A DNA stretch of 64,000 nt. It comes from Patescibacteria group bacterium. GTDB taxonomy: Bacteria; Patescibacteriota; Patescibacteriia; UBA9934; GWF2-40-263. How positions within the stretch are numbered: the first letter of the stretch is position 1; the number at the start of each line of letters is the position of its first letter. Made by a program: the position numbers and the translations under genes. Positions 55,461 to 63,892 of the stretch are shown piece by piece. The notes under the pieces are model-generated. The model saw only the letters and a program-made list of their open reading frames with translations. It did not search any database and had not been told where the DNA came from. Location: assembly GCA_041661745.1 (NCBI GenBank), contig JBAZTR010000003.1, forward strand, positions 91,007 through 155,006, read 5' to 3'.

Positions 55461-55472
55461 ATTTTGTTTTTT

Positions 55473-56726
55473 CTAGTAGCAAAGAAAAACTTTGCGGCTA
55501 GTTAAAACAATTTCTTCAAATTTTGCTCCAAAATTCAACAGATTTGGTAAAACGACATATTGCGTATTTCCAAAAACACCTTTTTCCAACTCATTTGGCT
55601 TTAGGTAGGCAAAAAGTTTCTTCTGGCCGCAGACGGCATTGGTTTTTTCTTGTTTTTTATTGAGATAATCTTCTAAAAGCGCTTGGTCGGAGGAAATTAT
55701 GTCAGTTTTTTCACCATCAAGAGCGAAAAAACTGCCGTTTTCAGTCTTTGTACTCTTTACTTCACTTCCATTTATCCAAATTGAGCTAAATTCAGCCCCG
55801 GTCTGATCAATAAACATTTCTTGGACAAAAGATCCATCGGGCATTGGCATTGTTTTAACAATTGGGCTTCGAAAAACCGCGGCGGTTTGAAGAATTTGGG
55901 ATAAGAATGACGATTCCAAAGTGGTTTCTATTAAAAAGTCGCTGTTTGTTAAAAGAACCATGCCGCCATTTTCCTCCATTTTTTGGGCAATTTCTTCACT
56001 TTTGATAGTTCCTAAAGGATCCAGCAGTGTGTCGAACCTTAAAAAAATGGCAGAAAGATCAGTTTTTGAATTTGGTTGAAAGGAAACCGCGGCTGTTACT
56101 GCCTCCGGAAGGTTTGGTAAAAGGCTGGTGACTTTTTTAATTTTTGGTGTATCAAGCGAATATCCTCTTTTATTTGCGGTTATTTGCCCCAAAAAACCAT
56201 CAAGACGCACGGTTCCCAGCGTCCGCGGCCAGATTGAGCTGAGTGACCAGGTTGTTTTGCTGTCAACTGAATACGGCAAGGGTCTATTTGATAAAAGCCA
56301 ACGGTTTCGGCCGAGCTTTTGGACACTTATGCCATAGGAATTAAGGATTTCGCGCTGTAGATTCCGTTCTCTTGTCCTTATAGCCACGGCCGAAGCATTA
56401 TTTTGAAGATAGAAAATCGAAATTTCCTTTGTTTTAAGGCCGGCTAGGTCACGAATTGTTATGGAACGATCGGATATTAATGTTAAACCACCGAAATCGT
56501 TTATTAATTTTGTCCACGCCTGCCTAGACGGAGTCAGGTGAATTATGGCAAGTGTGCCTTCGGGAGCAAAAGAAGACACTGTATCTCGGCTAACCCAAAG
56601 GTTAGCTAAAGTAAAAGGCACCAAAACCAAGATAAAAAAACCAAACAGAATCCAAAGAACCCGCCCCTTTTTTAAATTAGGACGGGTTGATTGGTTGGTG
56701 GAAAGTGGAATGTTTAAACGAAGCAT
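55473..56726 (-). CDS. Hypothetical membrane-anchored protein
   Basis: N-terminal TM helix and a 380-aa extracytoplasmic domain; no family. Confidence 0.5.
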   Translation of the reverse strand: MLRLNIPLSTNQSTRPNLKKGRVLWILFGFFILVLVPFTLANLWVSRDTVSSFAPEGTLAIIHLTPSRQAWTKLINDFGGLTLISDRSITIRDLAGLKTKEISIFYLQNNASAVAIRTRERNLQREILNSYGISVQKLGRNRWLLSNRPLPYSVDSKTTWSLSSIWPRTLGTVRLDGFLGQITANKRGYSLDTPKIKKVTSLLPNLPEAVTAAVSFQPNSKTDLSAIFLRFDTLLDPLGTIKSEEIAQKMEENGGMVLLTNSDFLIETTLESSFLSQILQTAAVFRSPIVKTMPMPDGSFVQEMFIDQTGAEFSSIWINGSEVKSTKTENGSFFALDGEKTDIISSDQALLEDYLNKKQEKTNAVCGQKKLFAYLKPNELEKGVFGNTQYVVLPNLLNFGAKFEEIVLTSRKVFLCY

Positions 56727-56728
56727 TT

Positions 56729-58999
56729 TTAATGGTTGTCGTCGCGATTTCGACCAAAGAATGGTCGGCGGCCGCCTTGTGGGCGATCGCCTTGCGGGCG
56801 GCTGTTATCTGAACCAGTACCACCATTGCCGGTTTGTGGCGGAGTGGCTGGTTTTTCAGGATAAACATTGCCTGGCGCGTCTTTCATAGACAAGTTGATA
56901 CGACCCATGTCGTCAATTTCCGAGACTTTCACAAAGACCTCGTCACCAACTTTAACAATATCAGAAACTTTTTCAACTCGCCATGGGGCCATGCGACTAA
57001 TGTGCACCAAACCTTCTTGTTTTGGTAGAACTTCAACAAAAGCGCCGAAATCCATAAGGCGAGTAACCTTACCTTTGAATAATTCGCCGGCCACAACCTC
57101 GCGGGTTAGGTTTTTAACCCATTCAAAGGCCTTTTGAGCCCCCTCAGCATTGGTTGAGGTGATACAAACCAAACCATCATCTTCAATATCAATGGCTTGT
57201 ACGCCAGTTGTAGCAATTATTTCATTAATAATCTTGCCGCCAGGACCAATGACATCGCCAATCTTCTCTGGATTAATACGAAGAGTGATAATGCGCGGGG
57301 CATAAGGCGAAAGGTCGGCTCGCGGGGCTGGGATAGTTGTGGTAATAACCTCAAGAATTTGTAAACGCGCCTCTTTAGCCTGATTAACTGCGGCTTCAAC
57401 CATTTCCATAGTCAAACCATCGGTCTTGGTATCCATTTGAATGGCGGTGATACCAGCTTTTGAACCGGCAATCTTAAAGTCCATACCACCAACACTGTCT
57501 TCCAAGTCTTGAAGGTCGGTAAAAACTTTCCAATCACCTTTTTTGTTGCTAACCAAACCCATGGCAATACCAGCTACCGGCGCTTTAATCGGTACACCAG
57601 CGTCCATTAAGGACAAAGTAGCACAACAAGTGGAGGCCATTGAGCTAGAACCGTTGGAACCAAGCACTTCGGAGACCACACGAATGGTATAAGGAAAGGT
57701 TTCCTTGTCAGGCATCATCGGAACCAAGGCTTTTTCGGCCAAAGCACCGTGGCCAATGTCGCGGCGTGACGGTCCGCGCATTGGTTTAACTTCACCAACG
57801 GAAAATGGCGGGAAATTATAATGATGAAAGAAGCGTTTGGTGCCCACAAGTTCCATGCCATCAAGGGTTTGTTCGTCGCCAGGAGCGCCAAGAGTGGTAA
57901 TAGACACAACTTGTGTTTCACCGCGTTTGAAATGACCAGAACCATGGACACGTGGGAAGATGGCAACCTCGCCGAAAAGTGTACGGATTTCGTTCATACC
58001 GCGGCCATCAACACGTTTCCCTTCTTCAAGCATGGCTCGGCTGATTTCTTCCTCGATAACTTCTTCAACAATAGCAAAGGCGTATTTTTGATCGTCTTTG
58101 GAAACTTCTTTAGTGGTTAAAAACTCACCAAGTAATTCCTTAACATGGGATTTTTCCAAACGGCGTTCAACTTTACTGGCCTTTGGTTCGGAAAAGAAAA
58201 GTTCTTTTGTTTTTTCAATAATAAACGGGCGAGCCATAGCTTCAACAACCTCGCGACGTTCTTTCTTTTGAGTTTCTTCGTTATTTTTTGGAGCCAAGAT
58301 GTCACGCTTTGGTTTTCCCACTTCCTTGCGTACTTGTTCGATAAGTTTTAATGGCTCGCTAATATGTTTTAAGCCAAAACGGAAGCCTTCGATAACCGCT
58401 TCTTCGGAGGCTTCATTGGCACCAGCCTCAACCATAATCACACGATCGGCTGAACCAGCAAAAGCCAAGTCGAGAATCGACTTGAGGCGCGCTTCGTAGC
58501 TTGGGTTAAGAACTTTTTCGCCATTAATTTCACCAACACGAACGCCGGCAATCGGACCGTTCCACGGAATGTCGCTGATATGTAAGGCACAGCTAGCAGC
58601 AATGATTCCGGCAATATCCGGATCGTTTTCGCCGTCAAAAGCCAAGCAGGAAACAATAACCTGAATGTCGTTACGCATGCGATCGTCGAAGAGTGGGCGC
58701 AAACCGCGATCGATGGAACGGCCGACCAAAACCGCTTCGTCAGTTGGACGACCTTCTTTTTTAATAAAGCGTGAACCCTTGATGCGACCAGCGGCGTAGA
58801 GTTTTTCCTCGTACTCAACTTGTAGTGGGAAGAAGTCTAATCCTTCGCGCAAAGTGTCGCTCATGGTGGCTGTGGCAATAACCACAGTGTCGCCGTATTG
58901 CACGGTACAAGCCCCGTTGGCCTGCTCGGCAAAACGACCGGTTTCGATGGTGAGGTTTTTACCGCCCCACTCGGTTGAAAAGCGTTTAATTTCGCTCAT
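56729..58999 (-). CDS. pnp: Polyribonucleotide nucleotidyltransferase
   Basis: Two RNase PH domains, KH and S1 domains, and a C-terminal G/R-rich tail; 756 aa. Confidence 0.9.
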   Translation of the reverse strand: MSEIKRFSTEWGGKNLTIETGRFAEQANGACTVQYGDTVVIATATMSDTLREGLDFFPLQVEYEEKLYAAGRIKGSRFIKKEGRPTDEAVLVGRSIDRGLRPLFDDRMRNDIQVIVSCLAFDGENDPDIAGIIAASCALHISDIPWNGPIAGVRVGEINGEKVLNPSYEARLKSILDLAFAGSADRVIMVEAGANEASEEAVIEGFRFGLKHISEPLKLIEQVRKEVGKPKRDILAPKNNEETQKKERREVVEAMARPFIIEKTKELFFSEPKASKVERRLEKSHVKELLGEFLTTKEVSKDDQKYAFAIVEEVIEEEISRAMLEEGKRVDGRGMNEIRTLFGEVAIFPRVHGSGHFKRGETQVVSITTLGAPGDEQTLDGMELVGTKRFFHHYNFPPFSVGEVKPMRGPSRRDIGHGALAEKALVPMMPDKETFPYTIRVVSEVLGSNGSSSMASTCCATLSLMDAGVPIKAPVAGIAMGLVSNKKGDWKVFTDLQDLEDSVGGMDFKIAGSKAGITAIQMDTKTDGLTMEMVEAAVNQAKEARLQILEVITTTIPAPRADLSPYAPRIITLRINPEKIGDVIGPGGKIINEIIATTGVQAIDIEDDGLVCITSTNAEGAQKAFEWVKNLTREVVAGELFKGKVTRLMDFGAFVEVLPKQEGLVHISRMAPWRVEKVSDIVKVGDEVFVKVSEIDDMGRINLSMKDAPGNVYPEKPATPPQTGNGGTGSDNSRPQGDRPQGGRRPFFGRNRDDNH

Positions 59000-59090
59000 A
59001 TATAGATTGTGTCGCGCCGAAGCTCAAGATCTCGATTAGGTCGAAGATCTTTATGTCTCGACGCGACGGTTAATTATTTTTTTATCTTAA

Positions 59091-59720
59091 TTACCACTTC
59101 CAAAATTCTTCATCCGCACCGTTCTCTTCTTCCCCCTCGCCCTCAGGGAGAGGGGTTAGGGGAGAGGGTTTTTCAACCAATATCTCGCCACCTTTAGGTG
59201 GATGCATGGGACCGCGGCGGATTGGGCCGATAAGGAATTTCTTTCCATTTTCTGACATGTTTATGTAATGATCGGCCGCTTCAACCAGTTTGGCTGAGGT
59301 GGTTTCGCGGAAGCTCATGACCTCAACTATCCGACCACGATTTTTAGCATAATCAACCAAAGCCGTAAAGTCACCGTCGCCCGAGACTAAAACCACTACA
59401 TCTAACATATCAAGCATACGAACAATGTCGATGGTTAGGCCAACATCCCAATCGGCCTTCTTTTGACCGGATTCGTATTGCATTAATTCCTTTTCGCGGG
59501 TTTCGATTCCCAAGTTTTGCAGGGCGTCGAGGAAAGGTTTTTCATCTTCTGACTTAGTGCGAACCACATAAGCAATGGCGCGAATTAGTTTGCGATCACC
59601 GACCGCTTCTTTAACAATGTTGCCAAAATTAACCTTGCGCGCAAAAACATTGCGGGCGCTGTAATACATGTTTTGGGTGTCGATGAAAACACCGACGCGT
59701 TGATTGGGGTGGCTTATCAT
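59091..59720 (-). CDS. NYN-domain (LabA-like) protein
   Basis: VGVFIDTQNMYY...VVLVSGDGDFTALV PIN-like NYN signature. Confidence 0.7.
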   Translation of the reverse strand: MISHPNQRVGVFIDTQNMYYSARNVFARKVNFGNIVKEAVGDRKLIRAIAYVVRTKSEDEKPFLDALQNLGIETREKELMQYESGQKKADWDVGLTIDIVRMLDMLDVVVLVSGDGDFTALVDYAKNRGRIVEVMSFRETTSAKLVEAADHYINMSENGKKFLIGPIRRGPMHPPKGGEILVEKPSPLTPLPEGEGEEENGADEEFWKW

Positions 59721-59869
59721 ATTTAAGGGTTTTGAAGGGTTGGGAAGTGTTCTGAAGGGTTAAGAAGGGCTTTGGAATATTTATATTAAAGAAATATAGT
59801 TCAATTAACCCTTCCAAACCCTTTAAAGCTCTTCAGAGCCCTTCATTTAATTGGGGAGGGCTTTGGATT
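59721..59869. repeat. Palindromic element copy A built from 10-bp phased GAAGGGTT-type repeats around an AT-rich centre
   Basis: Left arm ttGAAGGGTT gGGAAGTGTT cTGAAGGGTT aAGAAGGGCT ttggaatatt; centre tatattaaagaaatatagttcaatt; right arm is the inverse (aacccttccaaaccctttaaagctcttcagagcccttca). About 85% identical to copy B. Confidence 0.7.
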
Positions 59870-60220
59870 TTAAATACTTCTGATTAGTTGGTTTAAGAAG
59901 AAGCTAGTATTTTTCGCTTTCAATTCCAATTTTTTAAATTTATCTTCGTCTATATATTTTTGTCTATAAGAGAAACTTATCAGAAAAATCGTTTCTGTTA
60001 AAGAGGCGCGGGCTATTACCAAGAATCTTTTGAAATCCTGTTTGGTTCCCCGCGAGTGACCTTCGACAATATTTAAGACAACTGAAAGGGCGGCACGTCT
60101 TAATTGTGATGTAACATTGTACTGTTCCTCTTTTGGAAAAAAGAATGTTGCCGTGTAAATGTTTTCCAACAAATCATCGGCTTTCTGCCAAACTAAAAGG
60201 TTTTCGTAAGGATACTTCAT
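59870..60220 (-). CDS. Four-helix-bundle protein (TIGR02436; 23S rRNA intervening-sequence protein family)
   Basis: YENLLVWQKADDLLENIYTATFFFPKEEQYNVTSQLRRAALSVVLNIVEG is the family signature. Start set at MKYP; the longer track ORF runs into repeat copy B. Confidence 0.7.
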   Translation of the reverse strand: MKYPYENLLVWQKADDLLENIYTATFFFPKEEQYNVTSQLRRAALSVVLNIVEGHSRGTKQDFKRFLVIARASLTETIFLISFSYRQKYIDEDKFKKLELKAKNTSFFLNQLIRSI

Positions 60221-60345
60221 ATCGTGTTTGGAAGTGTCTTGAAGTGTTGGGAAGGGCTTTGGAATATTTATATTAAAGAAATTTAGTTCAATAACCCTTC
60301 TAAACCCTTTTAAGCCCTTCAGAACCCTTCCTAACCCTTTAAAAA
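60221..60345. repeat. Palindromic element copy B (same family as 59721-59869)
   Basis: gtttggaagtgtcttgaagtgttgggaagggctttggaatatttatattaaagaaatttagttcaataacccttctaaacccttttaagcccttcagaacccttcctaaccc. Confidence 0.7.
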
Positions 60346-60376
60346 AACCTCGCATCTGGGGACACGAGGTTTTTTG
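60340..60376. terminator. Bidirectional terminator
   Basis: aaaaaaacctcg-catctggggaca-cgaggtttttt. Confidence 0.65.
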
Positions 60377-60379
60377 AAA

Positions 60380-60643
60380 TTACTTCAATCCAAGTTCGTC
60401 CTTTAATTTCTGCCAAGCCTTTTTGTCTTCGCGTTCCAAGTAGGAAAGCAAGCGGCGGCGTTCGTTAACTTTTTTGATAAGACCGCGGCGGCTGGAGAAA
60501 TCTTTTTTGTGCATTTTAAGGTGCTCGGTGAGCTCCTTAACTTCGGCCGTGAGAAGGGCGGCTTGCACCTGCGGCGAACCGGTGTCCGAGGCATGGGTGC
60601 GGAACTTCTCGATAATTTTTTGTTTCTTTTGCGGGTCGAGCAT
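60380..60643 (-). CDS. rpsO: 30S ribosomal protein S15
   Basis: TGSPQVQAALLTAEVKELTEHLKMHKKDFSSRRGLIKKVNERRRLLSYL aligns with S15. Confidence 0.9.
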   Translation of the reverse strand: MLDPQKKQKIIEKFRTHASDTGSPQVQAALLTAEVKELTEHLKMHKKDFSSRRGLIKKVNERRRLLSYLEREDKKAWQKLKDELGLK

Positions 60644-60756
60644 ATTTGCTTTGTGTCGATCTCCCTAGCCTGGGGGACTCAATCCCCGGGCCAAGCAAGG
60701 CGACAATGGTTATTAATTACGAAGGGAGTTTAGCTTAAGTTACGCAGAATGTCAAT

Positions 60757-60785
60757 AATTGACGTTTTGTGTATTTTTTGTTAAA
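60757..60785 (+). promoter_or_regulatory. Promoter TTGACG - 17 nt - TAAATT upstream of the high-GC membrane-protein gene
   Basis: AT-rich native-looking promoter immediately before the GC-rich ORF. Confidence 0.4.
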
Positions 60786-60825
60786 TTACTTCGTCGTTCT
60801 CTAACAATCTTCCTCGGAGTCGCAA

Positions 60826-61893
60826 ATGATGACCGATATCCTTAACCTTGTTGCCCAGACCCCGGCCCTTCTGTGGATCCCGACGGCAGTCTTTGCCATT
60901 CAGGTTCTCCTTTCTTTCTGGTTGTCTCGTATAAACATCTGGGAGGAGAAAGGGGCTTGGCGTTCTTCTTTCGGTGACGGGCTTGACCAGCGCGATGCCG
61001 CCTTCCTTTTTTCTGCTGTTATGTGGTTGATTTTCTTTATTGGTGGTTTTTTTTGGGCAATGCCCGGTAGAGATCCTTTCACTGGGCTTCATATTCCGAA
61101 TAGTGCCCATTGGGCCGAGTTCGGAGTCATGTGGGCGTTCGTCGGAGCCTTCCTTGGTTCCAGCGCCGTCATCATCTACACCAAACGCCTCCTGGTCTGG
61201 CTCTGCACCAAGATTTGGGAGGGTACGGTTTTGACCGGCGAGACCCTAATCTCCAGTGTGCAGACCGTGCAGCACAAGACGGCCGACTGGAAGAGGAACA
61301 GACAGGCACAACGGTCGGTTTCATCCAAGATGGCCCGCACCAGCGCCGCACTTTACCTGGACGAGCTCATGGATGCCATCCCGGTCGAGTTCGCCGAAGC
61401 CCGGGGTCTTGCCAAGAGGATGGCCACCGAGGCGGTCGACGTTCTTCTCGACCAGCGGCGGCGGTTACTCCACGACATCGAGGTCATGCTCAACAACACC
61501 AAGCGCCACAAGCGTGCGGCTCCAAGGAGTCCCGAGGAAAAGGCAAGACAGCAGCTTCTCGATGGCATCGCCAAGTCGCGCGAGCGACTCATTGCGGTCG
61601 AGACCAGGCTCCATGAGCTTCTGCTCTTCCTCGATAGTGAAGCTGAAATATGCATTCGCCTGGCAGTTCAGCAGGGCGACGGAGAGGAGAAAATCGTGGA
61701 GATCCTCCGAGACTACGCCGAGAAGAGGAGGATCGTCTTCGCCGAGCCGAGCCCGGTCGACCCCGCCCTTCGCATGGCGACAGAGGAGATCGAAAGGCTC
61801 AGTGCACAAGTGGCTGGAGATCCTTCGGCGTTCGAAGCGGACGCTAGAAGACGTACTGCAGCCGCAGCTCACGCCTCGAGGACTACCTCGTAG
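60826..61893 (+). CDS. Hypothetical membrane protein with a coiled-coil cytoplasmic domain (high-GC island 3)
   Basis: Three or four N-terminal TM helices and a C-terminal charged helical region; GC well above background; many antisense ORFs. Confidence 0.45.
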   Translation: MMTDILNLVAQTPALLWIPTAVFAIQVLLSFWLSRINIWEEKGAWRSSFGDGLDQRDAAFLFSAVMWLIFFIGGFFWAMPGRDPFTGLHIPNSAHWAEFGVMWAFVGAFLGSSAVIIYTKRLLVWLCTKIWEGTVLTGETLISSVQTVQHKTADWKRNRQAQRSVSSKMARTSAALYLDELMDAIPVEFAEARGLAKRMATEAVDVLLDQRRRLLHDIEVMLNNTKRHKRAAPRSPEEKARQQLLDGIAKSRERLIAVETRLHELLLFLDSEAEICIRLAVQQGDGEEKIVEILRDYAEKRRIVFAEPSPVDPALRMATEEIERLSAQVAGDPSAFEADARRRTAAAAHASRTTS

Positions 61894-61914
61894 GCATCAA
61901 GGGACAACCTGTCC

Positions 61915-61975
61915 CACCCCAATCGCAAGGTTGGGGATTTTTTTAAAATAAATAGCACGATTTTTATCGCGCTAT
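61915..61975. terminator. Two consecutive terminator hairpins
   Basis: ccccaatcgcaaggttgggg + T8, then aaataaatagcacgatttttatcgcgctatttattt. Confidence 0.55.
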
Positions 61976-62461
61976 TTATTTTTTCTTTTTAAAAATCATC
62001 AGGTATGTGTCAGAATATTTTTTTCTATGGACGGTTTTAATAGTTGTGAAACCAACTTTTTTGTAACACTGAATAGCGTGTTCGTTATTGGTAAGCACTT
62101 CCAGTTGTATAAGGTTTTCGCCAGGAAATTTTTTGAAAAACCATTTTATGGCTTTATTCATGGAGATCGCCCCAATTCCCTGCCCCCAGAATTTCTTTTC
62201 ACCGATGGCGATGTAGATTTCAAAATGTTTTTTCCGCGGTTTCTTTTGAATCAAAATGTGCCCAATTGGTTTTTTGTCCGCGGTGATTATGAAATCGAAT
62301 TTATCAGAATCTTCTAAATGTCTTTTAAGAATTTTGTCGACTTCTTTTGGTTCAATCGGGCCGTCTTTTTCAGAAGTTAGTTTCCGTATTTCGTCATCGT
62401 TCCACCATTTATAAAAGAGGGGAAAATGAGAGGTTTTGAGTTTGATTAGGCTGATGATCAT
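61976..62461 (-). CDS. GNAT family N-acetyltransferase
   Basis: FWGQGIGAISMNKAIKWFF acetyl-CoA binding motif; 161 aa. Confidence 0.65.
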   Translation of the reverse strand: MIISLIKLKTSHFPLFYKWWNDDEIRKLTSEKDGPIEPKEVDKILKRHLEDSDKFDFIITADKKPIGHILIQKKPRKKHFEIYIAIGEKKFWGQGIGAISMNKAIKWFFKKFPGENLIQLEVLTNNEHAIQCYKKVGFTTIKTVHRKKYSDTYLMIFKKKK

Positions 62462-63531
62462 ACCCCCACTTTAAAATTGCAGGTGTCGCCATCGCGCATT
62501 GTGTAATTTTTTCCTTCAGTGCGTAATTTGCCGGCTTCGCGCGCGCCAGATTCACCAAGCTCAACAAAATCTTTCCAGTCAATAATCTCGGCACAGATAA
62601 AAGCCTTTTCAAAATCCGTGTGAATAACACCGGCCGCCTGTGGGGCTTTAGTCCCCTTCTTAATAGTCCAAGCGCGAGATTCTTTTTCGCCAGAAGTTAA
62701 GAAAGTAATAAGGTCGAGGAGTTCGTAGCACTTCAAAATCATGCGGTCGAGGCCGGAACGACTTAGACCAAGCGACTCGAGGAAAGTTTTTTGTTCCTCG
62801 GCTGGCATTTCCATTATTTCTGATTCTATTTTTACGCTTAAGGGTAAAGCTAAACGATCGGGACCAAGCGGACTTTGCCAATTCGGATCAGCCGCAGAAG
62901 CCTCGTCAACATTGATAACGTAAAGCACTGGCTTGAGGGTTAGAAGTTGCATTCCTTTGATGGCTTTTTGTTCATCTTCGGAAAGTTCAACCAGACGAGC
63001 CTGCTTTCCAGCTTGAATAGCAAGATTTATTTTTTCCAAAGCACTGGCCTCTTCTTCTTTTTCTTTAGTCTTGCCAGCTTTCAATTCACCTTGCAGGCTA
63101 TGGAGACGTTTTTGAACAACATCAAGGTCAGCCATGGCTAATTCTAATTCAATAATTTCCACGTCCCTGATCGGATCAACATCGCCGCTAACATGGTGGA
63201 CATTCGGATCCTTGAAAGCGCGTACCACATGGGCAATCATGTCGACCTCGCGGATGTTGGCCAAGAATTTGTTTCCAAGCCCCTCGCCTTTATGTGCCCC
63301 GGCCACCAAGCCGGCGATGTCGACAAACTCGATGGCCGTGGTGATGGTCTTTTGTGATTTGGAAACTCGTGACAGGGCTTGTAGGCGCTCGTCGGGAACT
63401 TCAACAATACCAACGTTCGGTTCGATGGTGCAGAAAGGAAAGTTTTCACAAGGCACCTGTTTTTTAGTCAGGGTTTTGAAAAGGGTGGATTTGCCAACGT
63501 TGGGCAGGCCGACGATGCCGACTTGTAGCAT
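62458..63531 (-). CDS. ychF: Ribosome-binding ATPase YchF (Obg-family GTPase)
   Basis: GIVGLPNVGKSTLF G1 motif, the TGS domain C-terminus ...RDGDTCNFKVGV; 357 aa. Confidence 0.9.
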   Translation of the reverse strand: MLQVGIVGLPNVGKSTLFKTLTKKQVPCENFPFCTIEPNVGIVEVPDERLQALSRVSKSQKTITTAIEFVDIAGLVAGAHKGEGLGNKFLANIREVDMIAHVVRAFKDPNVHHVSGDVDPIRDVEIIELELAMADLDVVQKRLHSLQGELKAGKTKEKEEEASALEKINLAIQAGKQARLVELSEDEQKAIKGMQLLTLKPVLYVINVDEASAADPNWQSPLGPDRLALPLSVKIESEIMEMPAEEQKTFLESLGLSRSGLDRMILKCYELLDLITFLTSGEKESRAWTIKKGTKAPQAAGVIHTDFEKAFICAEIIDWKDFVELGESGAREAGKLRTEGKNYTMRDGDTCNFKVGV

Positions 63532-63534
63532 AGG

Positions 63535-63592
63535 AGGGTTTGGAAGGGTTTAGAAGAGTTAAGAAGGGCTGGGAAGGGCTTTGTGTCGATTG
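63535..63592. repeat. Third (partial) copy of the phased GAAGGGTT decamer repeat, upstream of ychF
   Basis: GGAAGGGTTT AGAAGAGTTA AGAAGGGCTG GGAAGGGCTT then tgtgtcgat; the 13-mer gctttgtgtcgat also sits at 60648-60660 upstream of rpsO. Confidence 0.55.
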
Positions 63593-63660
63593 ATAATATA
63601 GCTTTTTGCGGTAATTATGTCGAGAAACAAAAAACGGCCATTTCTATTATGGTCGTTTTT

Positions 63661-63736
63661 TGGTGGACCGTAACGGGATCGAACCGTTGACCTCTTCCAT
63701 GCCATGGAAGCGCTCTACCAGCTGAGCTAACGGCCC
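63661..63736 (-). tRNA. tRNA-Ala (anticodon GGC) with the G3:U70 identity pair, CCA encoded
   Basis: Minus strand reads GGGCCGTTAGCTCAGCTGGTAGAGCGCTTCCATGGCATGGAAGAGGTCAACGGTTCGATCCCGTTACGGTCCACCA. Confidence 0.85.
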
Positions 63737-63744
63737 ATTTTTTT

Positions 63745-63843
63745 AGACCGTTAGCGAAGCTGTTCTTTTCAGCTGCGAGGTCGAGCTAAGCTCGACGAAG
63801 TCCGCCGAAGCCCGAGGGGCGAAGGCGGAAGCTAACGGCCCAT
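63745..63843 (-). repeat. tRNA-Ala upstream element: duplicate of the tRNA 5' end (GGGCCGTTAGCT) followed by a TCCGCC...GGCGGA hairpin and further hairpins
   Basis: In tRNA orientation: GATGGGCCGTTAGCT-TCCGCC-TTCGCCCCTCGGGCTTC-GGCGGA-CTTCGTCGAGCTTAGCTCGAC..., then about 40 nt AT-rich spacer and the intact tRNA. Confidence 0.5.
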
Positions 63844-63892
63844 CTTCTGTGGCAATAGAATAACTAATTTTTATTTTTTGGTCAAGACGGCT

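Noticed and set aside
57715-58818. Several 60-130-aa ORFs on both strands inside pnp
   Set aside because: They lie within the coding region of a clearly conserved PNPase gene; shadow ORFs.
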